Of a stretch of DNA of 64,000 nt, positions 56,209-64,000 are shown in pieces. Under the pieces are notes generated by a model that made no database searches, had not been told where the DNA came from, and saw only the letters and a list, made by a program, of their open reading frames with translations. The DNA is from a phage, in the sequence record PZ402305.1. One strand, given 5' to 3'. Numbering within the stretch: position 1 is the first letter of the stretch; every line of letters begins with the position of its first letter. The position numbers were made by a program, and so were the translations under genes.

Positions 56209-56802
56209 TTACACCTTAAAAGTGAAATGCGTGGTCGTGGCTTCAAAATCAGGACCAGATAAACGTGCACTGAAATCTGAAATATTTGTAATTAAAAAGC
56301 TTTTATGCATACCTAACACAGCCACGCTTTCAATATCTTCTACTAACATTTCAATCATGTTAGAAACATGGCTGAACGTAGAGTTTTGTTTTTTGATGGT
56401 GTAGAAAGAAAGATTCCCACCTGCTGTATAAGATACCTCTTCAAAATCTTTAATCGTATATTGTGTGCCATCAGTAAAGAAAATGGTAGCTTTATTCGTA
56501 GCACGTTTCTTGTTTTTTGGTCCTTTTTTACGTTTACTGCGAGTAGGCAAACCGTTTGGGAACACCATAGCTACAAATTCTTCAGCAGAAACCTCCTTAC
56601 CGAAATCATAACCATAAGAGACAGCATCTATAAACTCGTCATCTTCATTTTTAAAATAATGGAAATAGGGCCAATTTGAAAGATTATCAAGCATCTTATG
56701 CTCGTCCACAGCAGAGAATGTATCCCTCAAAGCGCGTGTGATTTGCAAAGCATTAGGCAACCTTTTAACACCTACGATGGAAGTACGAATAGAAATTGTC
56801 AT
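56209..56802 (-). CDS. Hypothetical protein
   Basis: 197-aa ORF with AAGGAG RBS; Lys-rich central segment. Confidence 0.5.
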   Translation of the reverse strand: MTISIRTSIVGVKRLPNALQITRALRDTFSAVDEHKMLDNLSNWPYFHYFKNEDDEFIDAVSYGYDFGKEVSAEEFVAMVFPNGLPTRSKRKKGPKNKKRATNKATIFFTDGTQYTIKDFEEVSYTAGGNLSFYTIKKQNSTFSHVSNMIEMLVEDIESVAVLGMHKSFLITNISDFSARLSGPDFEATTTHFTFKV

Positions 56803-56816
56803 TGTTTTTCTCCTTA

Positions 56817-57254
56817 TTAACGTCGCTTGCTACGAGATGAACTCTTTTTACTTAAAGGGCTATTGTAAGATTTACGAGTTGTATAGCTACTATTTGTTTT
56901 AAAAGTTTGTCTCGGCTTTTCATAAGTTTTTATCTCTGGCTTAGGCTTACCATAAAAATTAGTTTTCGGTTTAGGTGTGTTATAATGTTTATTAATAATC
57001 GTTCTGTTATCGTTATAATCCCCGCTGCTACGATTACTACCGCCACTCATCATATGCCCTAACAACATACCTGTAGCAAACTCACCAACACCGCTACTAC
57101 TAGAACCGCCACCATTGTTGATAATAGTTGTATCTCCGTCAGATCCTTGTTGAGCGTATTGTTGAGGAGGTTGTTGGTATTGTGCAGGATTTGTTTCATC
57201 CTCGCAAGCTGTTAAAAAGATACAGCCAATTAAAATCAGGGCTAGTTTTTTCAT
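56817..57254 (-). CDS. Lipoprotein (start revised to ATG 57254)
   Basis: Signal peptide MKKLALILIGCIFLTAC with lipobox LTAC; internal ATG has GAGGA RBS; mature part Gln/Pro/Gly/Ser-rich. Confidence 0.5.
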   Translation of the reverse strand: MKKLALILIGCIFLTACEDETNPAQYQQPPQQYAQQGSDGDTTIINNGGGSSSSGVGEFATGMLLGHMMSGGSNRSSGDYNDNRTIINKHYNTPKPKTNFYGKPKPEIKTYEKPRQTFKTNSSYTTRKSYNSPLSKKSSSRSKRR

Positions 57255-57441
57255 ATTTGCTTTCCTCATTTTGACTATTAATACATCTGTGTTTGAAATC
57301 TCCAGAGAAGCAATAAAGTTGCTCTCCATCTCGGTATAAACTCACTTTACTGCCGTTGATTACGCTTGTCAATACAAAAATTACAACAAACAACCCTATT
57401 GCAAAACAAATATTTTCAAACACAATCAACAAGTATTTCAT
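57196..57441 (-). CDS. Small membrane protein (uncertain)
   Basis: 81-aa ORF with N-terminal hydrophobic helix; ATGA coupling to upstream gene; 3' end overlaps the lipoprotein start. Confidence 0.3.
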   Translation of the reverse strand: MKYLLIVFENICFAIGLFVVIFVLTSVINGSKVSLYRDGEQLYCFSGDFKHRCINSQNEESKYEKTSPDFNWLYLFNSLRG

Positions 57442-57788
57442 TTTAAAAATACCTCATCATCAGTTTCATTATCCCAGAAGAACAAATCCCAACCATTCGG
57501 ATCATTCCATTTGGCTGCTGGAGAAGTCCATATTTGTTCGATATCAATATTCAAAACTTCACCGTTTCGTTTTGAAACAGCTTTAGTTAATTCCCAACGA
57601 GATACAGGCTCTACTTCCCCTGAACCACTCCCACAACAAGCTACCACGTTAGGAGGCAAATTAATTGGATCTTTGGTCACGATCATAACGCTTACCCCAG
57701 GGTAAACTTTTGAAAGATAATCTAAAACGTAATCCACATCACCAGATAAATCCCAAACAAGTTCTTGAATTTCATCAAAATTATTCAT
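57438..57788 (-). CDS. Hypothetical acidic protein
   Basis: 116-aa ORF with AGGAGAG RBS just after the TerC terminator. Confidence 0.5.
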   Translation of the reverse strand: MNNFDEIQELVWDLSGDVDYVLDYLSKVYPGVSVMIVTKDPINLPPNVVACCGSGSGEVEPVSRWELTKAVSKRNGEVLNIDIEQIWTSPAAKWNDPNGWDLFFWDNETDDEVFLK

Positions 57789-57799
57789 AAGTCTCTCCT

Positions 57800-57824
57800 A
57801 TAAAATAGCCTCCCGAAGGAGGCT
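57800..57824 (-). terminator. Rho-independent terminator after TerC gene
   Basis: Minus-strand agccucc-uucg-ggaggcu stem-loop followed by AUUUUAU. Confidence 0.6.
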
Positions 57825-57830
57825 CATCTA

Positions 57831-58805
57831 TTAAACAGCAGCTTCTTCTTTTTCAGGGAAGATAAAGCTTGCAATAACACCAAGAGCTAATGTGCCTAGA
57901 ACAATCATCAGACTTACGTTAGGGGAAATATCATGCGGGAGGAATGACCACTTGGCATGAAGTGTTTCACCGAACGGGTGATACATAAGTTTAGCACCGA
58001 CAAATACCAGAACCACAGCAACAGCTTTCTCTAAGTGAACCAGATATTTCACAGCCACACTTAACACAAAGAAAAGTGCACGTAAACCAAGAACAGCCAT
58101 CAGCATTGCAGAATAAACTAGCAGAGGTTCTTGTGTCACACCGATCACAGCCGGAACTGAATCAAAAGAGAAGACAATATCTGTAAGCTCAATAACAAAC
58201 ACACAAAGAAGAGCAGGAGTTGCATATTTAATACCATTCTTAATGGTGATGAACTTTTCACCATCCAGTGCATTGTGCACAGGCAGAACTTTACCTACTA
58301 AACGAACAGCCCAATGCTTAGAGTAATCAATATCCTCTTCTTCGTCACCACCTTTGATGATAGCCACGGCAGACCAAGCTACAATCAAACCGAACAACAC
58401 TTGGACCGACCAATGAAGGTTAAACAAAGCGGTCCCTGCTGCAACAAAAATACCTCGGAAGACAATGGCTCCTGCAATTCCCCAAAGTAAAATCTTATGT
58501 TGGAGATGTGTGCTCTTAATTCCAAAGCTTGCAAAAATTGCCATGAACACCATCAGGTTATCTACAGAAAGACTCTTTTCCAACACATAGCCACTTAGGA
58601 AAAGCGCGGCAAACTCTTTACCATGTTCTACCCAAATGAATGCGTAATATCCTAAAGCTAAAGCAATCCAAAAAACAGACCAAAGCAAAGCAGATTTAAT
58701 TCCAATTTCTTTATTCTCTTTATGACCAAAGAAATCAATACCAATAGACAATGCTAAAATACCAACTAAAACAACTACATCAATAATGGGGAAACCAAGT
58801 TGCAT
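57831..58805 (-). CDS. terC: TerC-family integral membrane protein
   Basis: 324-aa ORF with multiple TM helices and the TerC-family signature EKSLSVDN. Confidence 0.75.
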   Translation of the reverse strand: MQLGFPIIDVVVLVGILALSIGIDFFGHKENKEIGIKSALLWSVFWIALALGYYAFIWVEHGKEFAALFLSGYVLEKSLSVDNLMVFMAIFASFGIKSTHLQHKILLWGIAGAIVFRGIFVAAGTALFNLHWSVQVLFGLIVAWSAVAIIKGGDEEEDIDYSKHWAVRLVGKVLPVHNALDGEKFITIKNGIKYATPALLCVFVIELTDIVFSFDSVPAVIGVTQEPLLVYSAMLMAVLGLRALFFVLSVAVKYLVHLEKAVAVVLVFVGAKLMYHPFGETLHAKWSFLPHDISPNVSLMIVLGTLALGVIASFIFPEKEEAAV

Positions 58806-58824
58806 TATTTTCTCCTTTCTCTTT

Positions 58825-58843
58825 GCGGGGAACCACTCCCCGC
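58825..58843 (-). promoter_or_regulatory. 5' leader stem-loop upstream of TerC start
   Basis: gcgggga-guggu-uccccgc hairpin between predicted -10 and the AAGGAG RBS. Confidence 0.3.
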
Positions 58844-58855
58844 CTCATGTGATAC

Positions 58856-58883
58856 ATCTTACTCTATTCTAAAACTTTGTCAA
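58856..58883 (-). promoter_or_regulatory. Sigma70-like promoter (TTGACA-N16-TAAGAT) dedicated to TerC
   Basis: -35 at 58878-58883 and -10 at 58856-58861 on minus strand, 50-nt leader to ATG at 58805. Confidence 0.5.
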
Positions 58884-58886
58884 CAC

Positions 58887-59108
58887 TTATTTTGAAGAAC
58901 TTGAGGAAAAGATCCCACGTAGTACAGCCATGATAAATGCCACACACACCACAGTCCAGAAGGTGACAGGAACAGTGATATCTGTGTGACCCATCATTTC
59001 AACAACGTAGTTATAAGCCAGCAGCAGAAGCCATGCTGGAATCATACTAATCAGAAAAGCAATAACAAACACAATAATCACTGCAAGAATACCTGCTAAA
59101 ACGTCCAT
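58887..59108 (-). CDS. Small membrane protein (two TM helices)
   Basis: 73-aa hydrophobic ORF (MDVLAGILAVIIVFVIAFLISMIPAWLLLLAY...). Confidence 0.5.
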   Translation of the reverse strand: MDVLAGILAVIIVFVIAFLISMIPAWLLLLAYNYVVEMMGHTDITVPVTFWTVVCVAFIMAVLRGIFSSSSSK

Positions 59109-59121
59109 AATATTTCTCCTC

Positions 59122-59595
59122 TTAAAGTTTATAAATAGTCACATCGTGACCTGTTTTTACTAAAGTTTCTTCAATCATCACTTCAATGATAGCCCAATTA
59201 CCTCCTGCCAACCCTGCTCCAATCATAGGTAAGCCGATCTTACATTTTTGGTCACGGAGAAGCAAATCGTTAGCCATAGCTATTAGTGCATCGTAAAGTG
59301 CATCATAGTCCAACTGACGACCTTTAGCATTGTATCCGTAACGGTATTGCCCGTATAGATTATATACCAAAGGGTCTGATTGTTCGTCTGGCACCCCTAA
59401 ACTAAAACAACCTAGTTTACTTTGATCACCAGCCATTGTGTCTAAGTCTGCTGCATATGCGTAAGGAAATGCTTGTTTGATTTGTGGGGCAATACCTGCC
59501 CCCATATTACACATACAGTTGCAACAATGAGCAATAACAGTTACTTCACCTGCTTTAGCGGCATCAATAAGATTACCTGTTTTCATTTTAAGCAT
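59122..59595 (-). CDS. Macro-domain protein (ADP-ribose binding/processing, putative; start revised to ATG 59595)
   Basis: Macro-like motifs VIAHCCNCMCNMGAGIA and GLPMIGAGLAGGNW; ATG at 59595 has AAGGAG RBS just after the PRTase stop. Confidence 0.45.
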   Translation of the reverse strand: MLKMKTGNLIDAAKAGEVTVIAHCCNCMCNMGAGIAPQIKQAFPYAYAADLDTMAGDQSKLGCFSLGVPDEQSDPLVYNLYGQYRYGYNAKGRQLDYDALYDALIAMANDLLLRDQKCKIGLPMIGAGLAGGNWAIIEVMIEETLVKTGHDVTIYKL

Positions 59596-59608
59596 TTTTA
59601 GCTCCTTA

Positions 59609-60436
59609 TTACAGAATGTGTTGTTTTGTGTAACGATCCAAGAATTCAAAGTTTTCAGCATACTTTGAAATTCGGTTGTAACCTTCTCCCAAGCATCCAA
59701 AGAAAAGTTGCTCTACATAGTAATGTGGCAATTGGCTAAGAATGATTTTGAAGTCTTCATGATTTTGGCCCATAAGATACTTAATAGGACGAACAAGACA
59801 CTGTGCATCACGTTCTTCATTAATCATTTTAACAAACGCTTCTGGTGTATTAATGTAGTTAAAATTCAGTTTAGCTTCGGTATCTGCTTGATTACCTTCA
59901 TATTTTGCAAAATACAGGAAGTAAACATCATTTTTAACTTGATTTTCATTAAGGATCTCAATCAGTTTGTCTTCATGCGTTCCAGTGATATTTACATCAT
60001 CAATGAATACAAGCTTCTTATCACCCCAGAATTCTTTGTTACAGTAGAATGTATCCCCATCAATAAGTTTCTTACGACTAGCTTTATCCAAGAAACCATA
60101 ATCGTTGATATAGCTAACTTTACGATGAATAATGTCCAGTTCTGCTGAACGACCTTGATCATATTGTGCTTGCAACATATTAAAGTAATTAATAAAATGA
60201 TCTGTCATCATTGTTGCAGCATTATGCACATGGTTGTAAGGAGAAGGAATGATAACAAATTGTTCCCCAATATGTTTCATTGCCACTTGAGCAAAAAACT
60301 GAAGTGCCAATTCTTTACCCATACGACGCGCAGCTTGGTTACTACCAAATTTCAATTTTGAATAATCTTGGATATCAAAAGTAGCAGTTTCCAGGTCATC
60401 AAATTTATTTGCAAAAATTTGAGTTTGATTACGCAT
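59609..60436 (-). CDS. Phosphoribosyltransferase (type I PRTase fold) domain protein
   Basis: 275-aa ORF with PRPP-binding signature KKLVFIDDVNITGTHEDKL. Confidence 0.55.
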   Translation of the reverse strand: MRNQTQIFANKFDDLETATFDIQDYSKLKFGSNQAARRMGKELALQFFAQVAMKHIGEQFVIIPSPYNHVHNAATMMTDHFINYFNMLQAQYDQGRSAELDIIHRKVSYINDYGFLDKASRKKLIDGDTFYCNKEFWGDKKLVFIDDVNITGTHEDKLIEILNENQVKNDVYFLYFAKYEGNQADTEAKLNFNYINTPEAFVKMINEERDAQCLVRPIKYLMGQNHEDFKIILSQLPHYYVEQLFFGCLGEGYNRISKYAENFEFLDRYTKQHIL

Positions 60437-61085
60437 TTACAATTTCTCCTCTTTTAAGTTTCTCTAGTAAGTCGTTAGGGTTCTTAATATGACAGAAGTT
60501 AAACCCTAAGTCAACACATTTTCCATCATATTCTTCACTATCGCCTACGTGCAACACTTCGTGCCCTAACAGAGGGATCGGAGAATACGTGAGCGTGCGA
60601 GCAAAGAATCGCGGATCTGGTTTACAAAGTAAAGCTTCATCCGAGAAATGGGTGAACTCAAAACAATTCCAACTATCAAACTTACAAGCACGACGCAGAA
60701 TATCCCCTGATATGAAGTTGGTATTGCTCTTAATACTCAAATCATAACGCCCAGAAAGATACAGCAAGTACATCGGCAGATCTACGGCTACGTGTGGTGG
60801 AAACTTAAGAAACCACTGTTCACACTCGAAACGAAGCTTTGCAGACTTCCAAGGCGTTATCCCAAGTTCAGAACCAAGTCTTTCCCAGGCGTATGCTGCA
60901 CACTCGGCTTTGCCTTGAAGTGCTGCATTATCCAGTTCCTTTTTGATCTTTTTATAAGCTGCTCTTGCTTCAACTTCCGTAATATCTCCATATTTTGCGA
61001 TAGTCCAGGCTCGCATGTCTGCGTAATTGGAGTTTGCTGTGATCAGTGTGTTCCATACATCAAAAGAGATATGTTTAATAGTCAT
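60429..61085 (-). CDS. HAD-superfamily hydrolase (phosphatase-like)
   Basis: 218-aa ORF with HAD motif I-like FDVWNTL, motif III-like KPDPRFF and motif IV-like VGDSEEYD. Confidence 0.55.
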   Translation of the reverse strand: MTIKHISFDVWNTLITANSNYADMRAWTIAKYGDITEVEARAAYKKIKKELDNAALQGKAECAAYAWERLGSELGITPWKSAKLRFECEQWFLKFPPHVAVDLPMYLLYLSGRYDLSIKSNTNFISGDILRRACKFDSWNCFEFTHFSDEALLCKPDPRFFARTLTYSPIPLLGHEVLHVGDSEEYDGKCVDLGFNFCHIKNPNDLLEKLKRGEIVNA

Positions 61086-61086
61086 A

Positions 61087-61692
61087 TTAAGCCCACCATG
61101 CGTCTAAGTTAAGATTACTGTCCACTACCACTTGTTCTATGTGGTAGCCTTTTATCTGTATCCCACTGTTCAAGAGCATATCATACGCTTCATTGAAACG
61201 CAACTTATCTTCTGCGGAATATAAGCGAGCATTATAAAATCGGTAATCAATTTCTTCAGCATTAGAAGAAATACGGAAGAAGTTTGTTTCTACTTCGGGA
61301 TCACTTGCTGAAGTCTTAATGTGAACTTCTCCATAATTTTCTTTACTTAGATCCATGAAAAGAACACAGGCAACATGTTTAAACATTCGTTCCAGTTTGT
61401 AACGAACAACATTGAAACCTGCATTCTCAAGTTTTTCTACACACTGCAACATTAAAGTAGTGTCGAGATCGCTTTGATACTTTGTTAACATACGATCACG
61501 TTGAGACTTTGTATCCCGATGTAAATCAATTGTTGTGCATTTGGCACCAATAATCTTAGCTGCTTTCATCAACTCTTCAGAACTAACGTTAGATAAAGTA
61601 AGATGAAAATGGGCTTTCCACACTTTTTTAGCAGGGACACCAAAAGATTTATCCCCACTATTCGGCATGTTGACTACTACACTATGTTGCAT
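61087..61692 (-). CDS. Hypothetical protein (one HLTL motif reminiscent of 2H phosphoesterases; unconfirmed)
   Basis: 201-aa ORF; only a single H-x-T-x motif seen, so the 2H assignment is not supported. Confidence 0.5.
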   Translation of the reverse strand: MQHSVVVNMPNSGDKSFGVPAKKVWKAHFHLTLSNVSSEELMKAAKIIGAKCTTIDLHRDTKSQRDRMLTKYQSDLDTTLMLQCVEKLENAGFNVVRYKLERMFKHVACVLFMDLSKENYGEVHIKTSASDPEVETNFFRISSNAEEIDYRFYNARLYSAEDKLRFNEAYDMLLNSGIQIKGYHIEQVVVDSNLNLDAWWA

Positions 61693-61707
61693 TACTTATC
61701 TCCTCAC

Positions 61708-61899
61708 TTAAAATGGAAGTCTTTGAAGTTCATCTCCTCCGATATCAAGTAATTTAGCAACATCTCGATCAGAAAGCAACTCTTTTCTTTGTAAAATATC
61801 CACAAGGGTTGCAAGAATGTCCTTAACGTCCCGATCACTGTTCTTCAAAAGTTCTCCTGCCGTCCCTACTCTATCTCCTACAGCAAAATATGTAACCAT
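61708..61899 (-). CDS. Hypothetical small protein (start revised to ATG 61899)
   Basis: Internal ATG preceded by AGGAGG RBS directly downstream of nrdG; the track start 61932 would overlap nrdG. Confidence 0.45.
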   Translation of the reverse strand: MVTYFAVGDRVGTAGELLKNSDRDVKDILATLVDILQRKELLSDRDVAKLLDIGGDELQRLPF

Positions 61900-61912
61900 G
61901 AAACCTCCTAAG

Positions 61913-62383
61913 TTAATCTGATTGCCAACCACTTGCCGTTTTGGTCCATAATCTTTGATTATCTGACCCTCTGAAAGGTTTTGTAGTTGGATTGTTTATT
62001 TCATACTTTCCGTCTACAATAATGTCAACAAGATTTTTAATATACAAAGGCACTTCCTCAAAAGTATATCCTGTATACACCATTATATCTTTGCTTGACC
62101 CATAAACATCTCTAACCTTTTCTATAAGGTTTTTAACATTGTAAATATTCTGCGGATCTAATGGCTCTCCTCCTAAAATTGTTAAACCTTTTACAAACGG
62201 TCTTGACAAATCTTTTAAAACTTGCTCTACATTTTCGTGAGTAAACGGTTTCCCATAAGAATAAGACCAGGCTTTTTGGTTAAAACAGCCACGACAACCG
62301 TGGCTACAACCACTAACCCAGAGTGAGCACCTAACTCCCTCGCCATTAATAAGATCTACAGGTTCATATCCTGCAAAATTCAA
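61913..62383 (-). CDS. nrdG: Anaerobic ribonucleotide reductase activating protein (radical SAM)
   Basis: 156-aa ORF with CxxxCxxC radical-SAM cluster motif (CSHGCRGC); ATGA-coupled to nrdD. Confidence 0.8.
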   Translation of the reverse strand: MNFAGYEPVDLINGEGVRCSLWVSGCSHGCRGCFNQKAWSYSYGKPFTHENVEQVLKDLSRPFVKGLTILGGEPLDPQNIYNVKNLIEKVRDVYGSSKDIMVYTGYTFEEVPLYIKNLVDIIVDGKYEINNPTTKPFRGSDNQRLWTKTASGWQSD

Positions 62384-64000
62384 AGATGTTTCTCCCTTTG
62401 CAAAACTTCCTGCATTTTACCTTTGTTGTAAGGGCGTGAATTAGGGGCAGAAAGATACCCTGACACACGTCTAACTACAGAAATAGTTTCTTCTTCATGG
62501 TTGCCACAATCAGGACACTCAAACCCTTTAGCCGTTGCCTTAAATTCTCCATGAAAACCACACTTAAAGCATTGATCCACGGGCTGATTAATACCAAAAT
62601 AGTGAATATGTTCATAAGCGTAGTCTACTAAAGTCTCCAAAGCTTCTAAGTTATTCTTTAAGTTTGGTGTTTCGACATAACTTATGTTACCACCATTACT
62701 AATCTGTGCAAAACCTGCTTCATAATCCCATTTTTCAAAAGGATTTGTTACCAGCCATACAGGTTGATGAAAAGAGTTAGTAAGATAGTCTCTTTCTACC
62801 AAACCTGGGTATTTTTCATTTAAAGCTGTTGCAAACTTATAGCACAAGGATTCTGCTGGAGTTCCATAGAGACTAAACGCCAGCTTAGATCGTTCTTTAA
62901 ACACAGCACACACATCTTTCATATGTTGCAGAATGCTTTTACCAAGTTCCTTTTTATCTTTTTCTTCTGGATAAAGGATTTCCAAAGCTTCGGCAAGACC
63001 TACATAACCAATACTAATAGAAGCATAACCACCTTCAAACAAAACACCAATTTCATCATTGGCATTTAAACGCGCTAAAGCCCCTTCCATGAAAAGAATA
63101 GGGTTTTCAGATGCTTTGGTATGTCTGATACGGTTTACACGTAGCATGTGAGCATCATAGGCTATCTCCATATGTTTATTAAGAAGATCGGTGAAAGATT
63201 CTCCTTTACTTCTCGCTTCCGCAGCGATCAGAGGTAAGTTGATAGAAACTACTCCAAGGTTGAATCGTCCATCGTATTTTTCTCCTTGTTCGGTGGCATA
63301 GTACGACAAAAAGGAACGACAACCCATACTCGTAACAGTACCATCTGCTGATCCCGTAACTTCTTTGTTCAAAGGAACAGAAATAAAATCTGGATAAATA
63401 CGATCAGCACAACATGCCAAAGCTTGTTGCTTAAGATCATAGTTAGGATCACTAGGTTTCATGTTAACACCTTCTTGTAAAAAGAAAATAACTTTAGGGA
63501 ATACAGGCGTTACATGATCTTTGCCTAGACCGTTACTATGCACTTTAAGATAGTTGGCTGTGATCATTCTGCCAAAAACAGAGGTATCCAGACCCATACT
63601 GATTGTAATAAAAGGAGATTGTCCATTAACACTCATTAAAGTATTAACCTGATACAAGAGAGTTTGCATAGCATCGTATACATCTTGTTCGGTCATTTCT
63701 AGGGCTTCTTTCCTTGCATAACAACCGTAGCGACGTTTGGTTATCTCCATGTTTTTAAGGAAACTAGCTTCAACATAAGGACTAAGACCTTTATCAATGT
63801 GCGCACACGTCTGACCTCCATACTGACTGGAGGCAACAGCTTGGATGATTTGAGTTAGCACTGTGGTAGCTACTCCAATAGATTTTGGTTTTTCTATCTG
63901 TGCAGCACCGATCTTAAAACCATTTTCTAACATATCTTGATAATTAACAAGACAACAGTTTGTAAGAGGAGAGAGCAGATAATCCAAGTCGTGAATATGT
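62380..64000 (-). CDS. nrdD: Anaerobic ribonucleoside-triphosphate reductase, C-terminal part (N-terminus beyond window end)
   Basis: Reading frame stays open to position 64000; C-terminal glycyl-radical motif RVSGYL and zinc ribbon CFKCGF ... CPDCGN. Confidence 0.8.
   Translation of the reverse strand, partial: HIHDLDYLLSPLTNCCLVNYQDMLENGFKIGAAQIEKPKSIGVATTVLTQIIQAVASSQYGGQTCAHIDKGLSPYVEASFLKNMEITKRRYGCYARKEALEMTEQDVYDAMQTLLYQVNTLMSVNGQSPFITISMGLDTSVFGRMITANYLKVHSNGLGKDHVTPVFPKVIFFLQEGVNMKPSDPNYDLKQQALACCADRIYPDFISVPLNKEVTGSADGTVTSMGCRSFLSYYATEQGEKYDGRFNLGVVSINLPLIAAEARSKGESFTDLLNKHMEIAYDAHMLRVNRIRHTKASENPILFMEGALARLNANDEIGVLFEGGYASISIGYVGLAEALEILYPEEKDKKELGKSILQHMKDVCAVFKERSKLAFSLYGTPAESLCYKFATALNEKYPGLVERDYLTNSFHQPVWLVTNPFEKWDYEAGFAQISNGGNISYVETPNLKNNLEALETLVDYAYEHIHYFGINQPVDQCFKCGFHGEFKATAKGFECPDCGNHEEETISVVRRVSGYLSAPNSRPYNKGKMQEVLQREKHL

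Noticed and set aside
61087-61692. Assignment of the 201-aa protein as a 2H phosphoesterase (LigT/CPDase-like)
   Set aside because: Only one H-x-T-x motif (HLTL) is present; the second catalytic motif is not evident, so the call is left as hypothetical.
1-64000. tRNA genes, integrase/excisionase, reverse transcriptase (DGR) or CRISPR arrays
   Set aside because: No T-loop/acceptor-stem candidates were found in intergenic regions, no recombinase or RT-like ORF, and no direct-repeat array; absence is by eye only and should be confirmed with tRNAscan-SE/Infernal.

Overview
This 64-kb window looks like part of a large virulent contractile-tailed phage, organised as two convergent arms that meet at a bidirectional terminator (38121-38149). 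The plus arm (1-38113) is the morphogenesis module: an intein-containing large terminase, portal, scaffold-like and decoration-like proteins, a lambda-gpE-like major capsid protein, neck proteins, tail sheath, tail tube, a tail assembly chaperone with a -1 frameshift, tape measure, baseplate and spike proteins, and about seven tail-fiber or tailspike genes. The minus arm (38177-64000) holds SSB, a family-A DNA polymerase, an N6-adenine methyltransferase, a T7 gp4-like primase-helicase, four predicted glycosyltransferases and a secreted SleB-like cell-wall hydrolase, then a ~10-kb accessory block and anaerobic RNR genes nrdG and nrdD (nrdD runs off the window). The best candidate for an undescribed system is that accessory block (about 51.2-61.7 kb): homologues of the bacterial Ter stress/phage-inhibition system (TerD, a vWA protein, a TelA-like protein, TerC) sit beside a PRTase, a HAD hydrolase, a macro domain, a SprT-like metallopeptidase, a lipoprotein and a duplicated small-protein module. 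Intergenic regions carry sigma70-type promoters with a recurring TTGACA-N17-TATACT-like consensus and several intrinsic terminators. I found no tRNA, CRISPR array, integrase or reverse transcriptase. All functional calls rest on motifs read by eye and on gene order; no database search was run, and hand-derived coordinates of small features may be off by 1-2 nt.
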